Positions 60,805 to 64,000 of a DNA stretch of 64,000 bases are shown one piece after another (within the stretch, counting starts at the first letter, position 1; each line of letters begins with the position of its first letter). Both the position numbers and the translations under genes were made by a program. Origin of the DNA: Trypanosoma brucei (taxonomy: Eukaryota); the NCBI GenBank assembly GCA_000002445.1, contig CM000207.1, forward strand, positions 832,001 to 896,000. Reading direction: 5' to 3'. The notes below the pieces were generated by a model, which saw only the letters and a list, made by a program, of their open reading frames with translations, searched no databases and was not told the DNA's origin.

Positions 60805-62070
60805 ATGCGTATCCCGGAAGGCACTGCTAAGATTCTCGCTAAGGTTCCGCTTCCCGATGAGGTGGCCGTCGTGCACCGAAACGCGGCCGTCGTCGACATT
60901 GGTGCTTGCAAAACTCGCATTGGGTTCGCAGGGGATGATATACCACGTGTCAACGAGCCCACGTGCGTTTTGCGTGGGGGAGAGCAGGAGAGCACGTTGT
61001 ACCTGCGAAAGGCATACGACAAGCGGGCGATAGGTGACACCGTCCGCGTTATCGAAGACAAGGAGGTGAATTGGGATGCCATGGAACTGTTACTGCAGCA
61101 TTTGGATGACATACTACACCTAAGCAATAGCGAAGTCCCAACACCTTTGTTGCTAACGGAGAAGATGCTCGTTCCCCGCGCCCACCGTCAACGGTTGGCG
61201 GAGATGCTGTTTGAGAAACATAATCTGTGTTCCGTTTATTTTGCACCGAGTCCCGCCCTCGCGCTCTATGCCTCGGGTGTGTGCAGCGGCGTATCAGTGG
61301 AAATGGGATACGACGCCTGTCACGTGGTGCCTGTGTTTCAGGGTTGTCCCATGTTTCATGCCGTGCATGCATTGGAGTATGGGGGTAAACTGTGCACGCA
61401 GTACATGATGAACACGGGTCAGCCACTTCCGGATGTTGTGCATCCCCGCCACCGGGTGGATGTGTGGGAACATATAAAGGAGAAAAATTGTGAGACATGC
61501 CCCAGCAGTGCCGCCTTCCGCAGGGCGGTAGAGATGGAGGCAAACATGAATAGTAGTAATGAAGAAAACGAGGATTACTCCGGTAGAAACAAAAATGTGG
61601 TTCACCACAAGTTACCGGATGGCACGATCATTTCTCTGGGCTCGAGTCGGTTTGTCCCATCTGAGATGTTGTTTGATCCCTCGCTTGCACCAACCACCGA
61701 GCACGAAAGCAACCACAAGTGGGTAGAACATTTCGAATACTTACACACGTATGCTTTCCCTCAGGGTATTCATAGGCTTCTCGTCGATTCGGTGCGGAAA
61801 TGCGATACCGACCTTCAGGGGTTGCTGTACGGCGCGCTACACCTGTCAGGAGGTTGCTCACTTTTAAGTGGCCTCCCTGAGAGGTTGCGGGATGATGTCG
61901 CATCTATTACGGCTCAGGCTGTGCACGTAGAGGCGCAAACGGAGCGAAGGGACGCAGCGTTTGTCGGAGGTTCCATTTTAGCATCGCTTCCGACATTCCA
62001 AAATTTTTGGGTTACCCGTGCGGAATACAGCGAGTTTGGTGCCGGTGCGGTGCTGCGGCGAGGTTTGTGA
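60805..62070 (+). CDS. Divergent actin-like / actin-related protein
   Basis: The 421-aa product has an actin fold. It carries VVDIGACKTRIGFAGDDIPR (the phosphate-1 loop), LLLTEKMLVPRAHRQRLAEMLFEKHNLCSVYFAPSPALALYASG, and the C-terminal LHLSGGCSLLSGLPERL...AFVGGSILASLPTFQNFWVTRAEY (the actin C-terminal signature). It is much more divergent than ARP3. Confidence 0.7.
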   Translation: MRIPEGTAKILAKVPLPDEVAVVHRNAAVVDIGACKTRIGFAGDDIPRVNEPTCVLRGGEQESTLYLRKAYDKRAIGDTVRVIEDKEVNWDAMELLLQHLDDILHLSNSEVPTPLLLTEKMLVPRAHRQRLAEMLFEKHNLCSVYFAPSPALALYASGVCSGVSVEMGYDACHVVPVFQGCPMFHAVHALEYGGKLCTQYMMNTGQPLPDVVHPRHRVDVWEHIKEKNCETCPSSAAFRRAVEMEANMNSSNEENEDYSGRNKNVVHHKLPDGTIISLGSSRFVPSEMLFDPSLAPTTEHESNHKWVEHFEYLHTYAFPQGIHRLLVDSVRKCDTDLQGLLYGALHLSGGCSLLSGLPERLRDDVASITAQAVHVEAQTERRDAAFVGGSILASLPTFQNFWVTRAEYSEFGAGAVLRRGL

Positions 62071-62497
62071 GGCATGATTCCACAGGAGGGTTGAGTGAAG
62101 TGATGTGTAGAGTGAAAGCATGAACGATATGTGCTGCTTGATCACATGTTCATGGATGTGCACGTATTGGGTTTGTGCATCGCGACATATAGATGTATGT
62201 ATATATATATAAACATGTTTGCATGTGGTACAGCCACTAGAGTCATTACAGTACAACCTGTTTGACGCCTTATGTGTTGCACATCCTGCGCTTCATCTCA
62301 TGGTAGTGTTTTGACACGGTGGCAATCATCGGCTTCTTTTTAATTTTTATTTTGACTCCTTTGGGTTTGTGAAACATTCTGCTTCTATTCAGGGTTGGAA
62401 AAGTTGTAGGACACAATATTTTTTCTTTGGCCATAGGAATTTGAGCAACTTGGCGCCTTTTCCCCTGTTGCCGGAACTATTTTGCATTGCTTTGTAA

Positions 62498-64000
62498 ATG
62501 GACTCACCTGAAGCATGCCGGGTGCAACGATTCCGGCGCACATCTTCCTCCCGGGACAGTTTTAACATTCCCACCTACGTACGTACTGTGCCCTCTGCCC
62601 TTGTAGAGGCTCTCACCGCCCCGCGGGAGAAGTTCGAGCGCTACCACAAATCCTCCCTTACTGATGGAAGTAAAGGACCCCGAGAAACGTCTCAGAAAGT
62701 CAACCAAGGCACACAGACAAACCCCATTGCGTCTGATTCGAAGGCCGCGCAGTTTAGTGGTTCGATTTCGGATTGTGAAGCAGTTGCCCCTTTAGGTAGC
62801 AAAGCGGTGACCGCACCCCCACGTGACGCCACGACGCCGGAGGGAGAGGAACTGCCAATGCGAACAACGGAGTCCAGTGCTAAACCTTCAACAAACATCA
62901 CTGAAGAGCGAAGTGAAGTAGAAGAGGCTAAAACTAATGACAACATCCCGAGATGTATTCCGTATGACCCAGAGGGCACGGTGCTCGCCATGCAGCGACT
63001 CCGGGATGTCAAACACCGTTGCCCTGCAAAAATTGCGAACTGCCTACAGAAGATCAACAAAGAAATCGCAGAGAAACTGACCAACGCAGGGGAAGCATTG
63101 TCTGCCTCTCCCTCCACGTCTTTATCATCGGTTACTGTCGCCGGACCTGACGGACGCCAACGAACTGGACCCCCCGCACCTCTCGCTGCGCTTCCTGAGC
63201 CGTGGGAGGATCGTTTGGATGCTCCCATCGCGGTGTCCAATACGTTAGGAAGAAAGCGCGGTCTCTTTGGTGACGTAGAGCGGAAGGAACTTCACCATCA
63301 CGTGATTTCTATCCTCAATCGCGTGGCCGGAGACGCGACTAAGTATCGTGAGGTGAAGAATGAATTGTTACGGCTGCCAATACCCGAGGCAAGCGATGAA
63401 ATGCTGAAGAACATTGTTAATGTCTTCTTCATGAAGGCTGTAAGAGAGCAGCATTTCGCGAACCTCTACGCCGACCTTGTAGTGGAGTTGTGCAAGGTAC
63501 CAGAGGGTCAACGGATTGTAGGCAACAAGTCGCAGAGCCTTGAATTTCGTATGCGACAGCAGCTCCTTTCTCGATGCCAGGAAGAGTTTCAGCGCTTAGA
63601 GGAGAAAAACATAGAGACTGCTAACCAAGGTGGAGAGGACCGCAATACACAGAGTGCGGATGAGAGCTTTAAGGAGCGTAGGGACCGTGCATGCGGTATT
63701 GTGGCGTTCGTTGGCCAGCTTTTCTTGCGTCACATTGTTACGGAGAAGGTAATCATGCAAATTTTAACCACAACAACTGCGGGACACTATGGAAGAGAAG
63801 GACTCGTTATGCCGCCCCCATACACACCATCGGAGGGACAGATGGATGAGTTAGTTAAACTTCTAGGTATTGTCGACTCGGCGTTCTTTGCCACGCCCCT
63901 TGGTTCTTCTATGCTAGTAGTGTTTACCGATATCATGGTGCATTGGTCGCAGCATCACCCTGTACTGCGTATTAGACTGCTCCTGCTTTCCGTTGTTGAA
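62498..64000 (+). CDS. eIF4G-family protein with a MIF4G domain. This is a 5'-partial CDS that runs off the 3' end of the window.
   Basis: An open frame runs from ATG 62498, immediately after an in-frame TAA, to the window end and is not in the ORF track because it has no stop. The segment ...ISILNRVAGDATKYREVKNELLRLPIPEASDEMLKNIVNVFFMKAVREQHFANLYADLVVELCK...IVAFVGQLFLRHIVTEKVIMQIL is the first HEAT pair of a MIF4G domain, as seen in eIF4G. Confidence 0.65.
   Translation, partial: MDSPEACRVQRFRRTSSSRDSFNIPTYVRTVPSALVEALTAPREKFERYHKSSLTDGSKGPRETSQKVNQGTQTNPIASDSKAAQFSGSISDCEAVAPLGSKAVTAPPRDATTPEGEELPMRTTESSAKPSTNITEERSEVEEAKTNDNIPRCIPYDPEGTVLAMQRLRDVKHRCPAKIANCLQKINKEIAEKLTNAGEALSASPSTSLSSVTVAGPDGRQRTGPPAPLAALPEPWEDRLDAPIAVSNTLGRKRGLFGDVERKELHHHVISILNRVAGDATKYREVKNELLRLPIPEASDEMLKNIVNVFFMKAVREQHFANLYADLVVELCKVPEGQRIVGNKSQSLEFRMRQQLLSRCQEEFQRLEEKNIETANQGGEDRNTQSADESFKERRDRACGIVAFVGQLFLRHIVTEKVIMQILTTTTAGHYGREGLVMPPPYTPSEGQMDELVKLLGIVDSAFFATPLGSSMLVVFTDIMVHWSQHHPVLRIRLLLLSVVE

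Noticed and set aside
62745-62765. A tRNA T-loop-like string ggttcgatttcgg. Other GTTCGA-like strings lie at 605-615 and 13481-13492.
   Set aside because: No flanking acceptor or anticodon stem complementarity was found. Two of the three strings lie inside well-supported coding sequence.
62692-63240. A 182-aa minus-strand ORF near the 3' end of the window
   Set aside because: It overlaps, in antisense, the + strand open frame that encodes a recognisable MIF4G domain. All other genes in the window are on the + strand.

Overview
This window reads as a chromosome-internal stretch of a trypanosomatid genome, most consistent with Trypanosoma brucei. Every credible gene lies on the + strand as one polycistronic block, and I see no introns or rRNA/tRNA genes. 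Spacers show the usual long pyrimidine tracts followed by AG, purine-rich stretches and (TA)n/(GT)n microsatellites. Overall GC is about 50%. The species call rests on a tandem pair of near-identical dual-GAF cAMP phosphodiesterases of 930 and 925 aa, which match what I recall of TbrPDEB1 and TbrPDEB2 on chromosome 9. All homology calls come from reading motifs against remembered family signatures; no search was run.

About 29 protein-coding genes can be supported. The first 4.9 kb is ORF-poor and may be a transcription start or strand-switch region. Identified products:
- condensin subunit 1 (CAP-D2)
- a PDK1-like kinase carrying a FYVE-like finger where a PH domain is expected
- a CorA-like transporter with an atypical TMN motif
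- presenilin
- a short radical-SAM-only TYW1
- GINS Psf1
- a possible HMG-box protein
- PDEB1 and PDEB2
- Snu13/15.5K
- phosphomevalonate kinase
- PCNA
- glutaminyl-tRNA synthetase
- MSH3
- an HRD1-like RING-H2 membrane E3 ligase
- NOP58
- a DUF1796-like protein
- ARP3
- a 2OG-Fe(II) oxygenase
- an EF-hand protein
- a divergent actin-like protein
- a 5'-partial eIF4G-like MIF4G protein that runs off the 3' end

No prokaryotic-style system such as CRISPR, a defence island or a mobile element is present. The findings below concern the eukaryotic features that deserve a second look.
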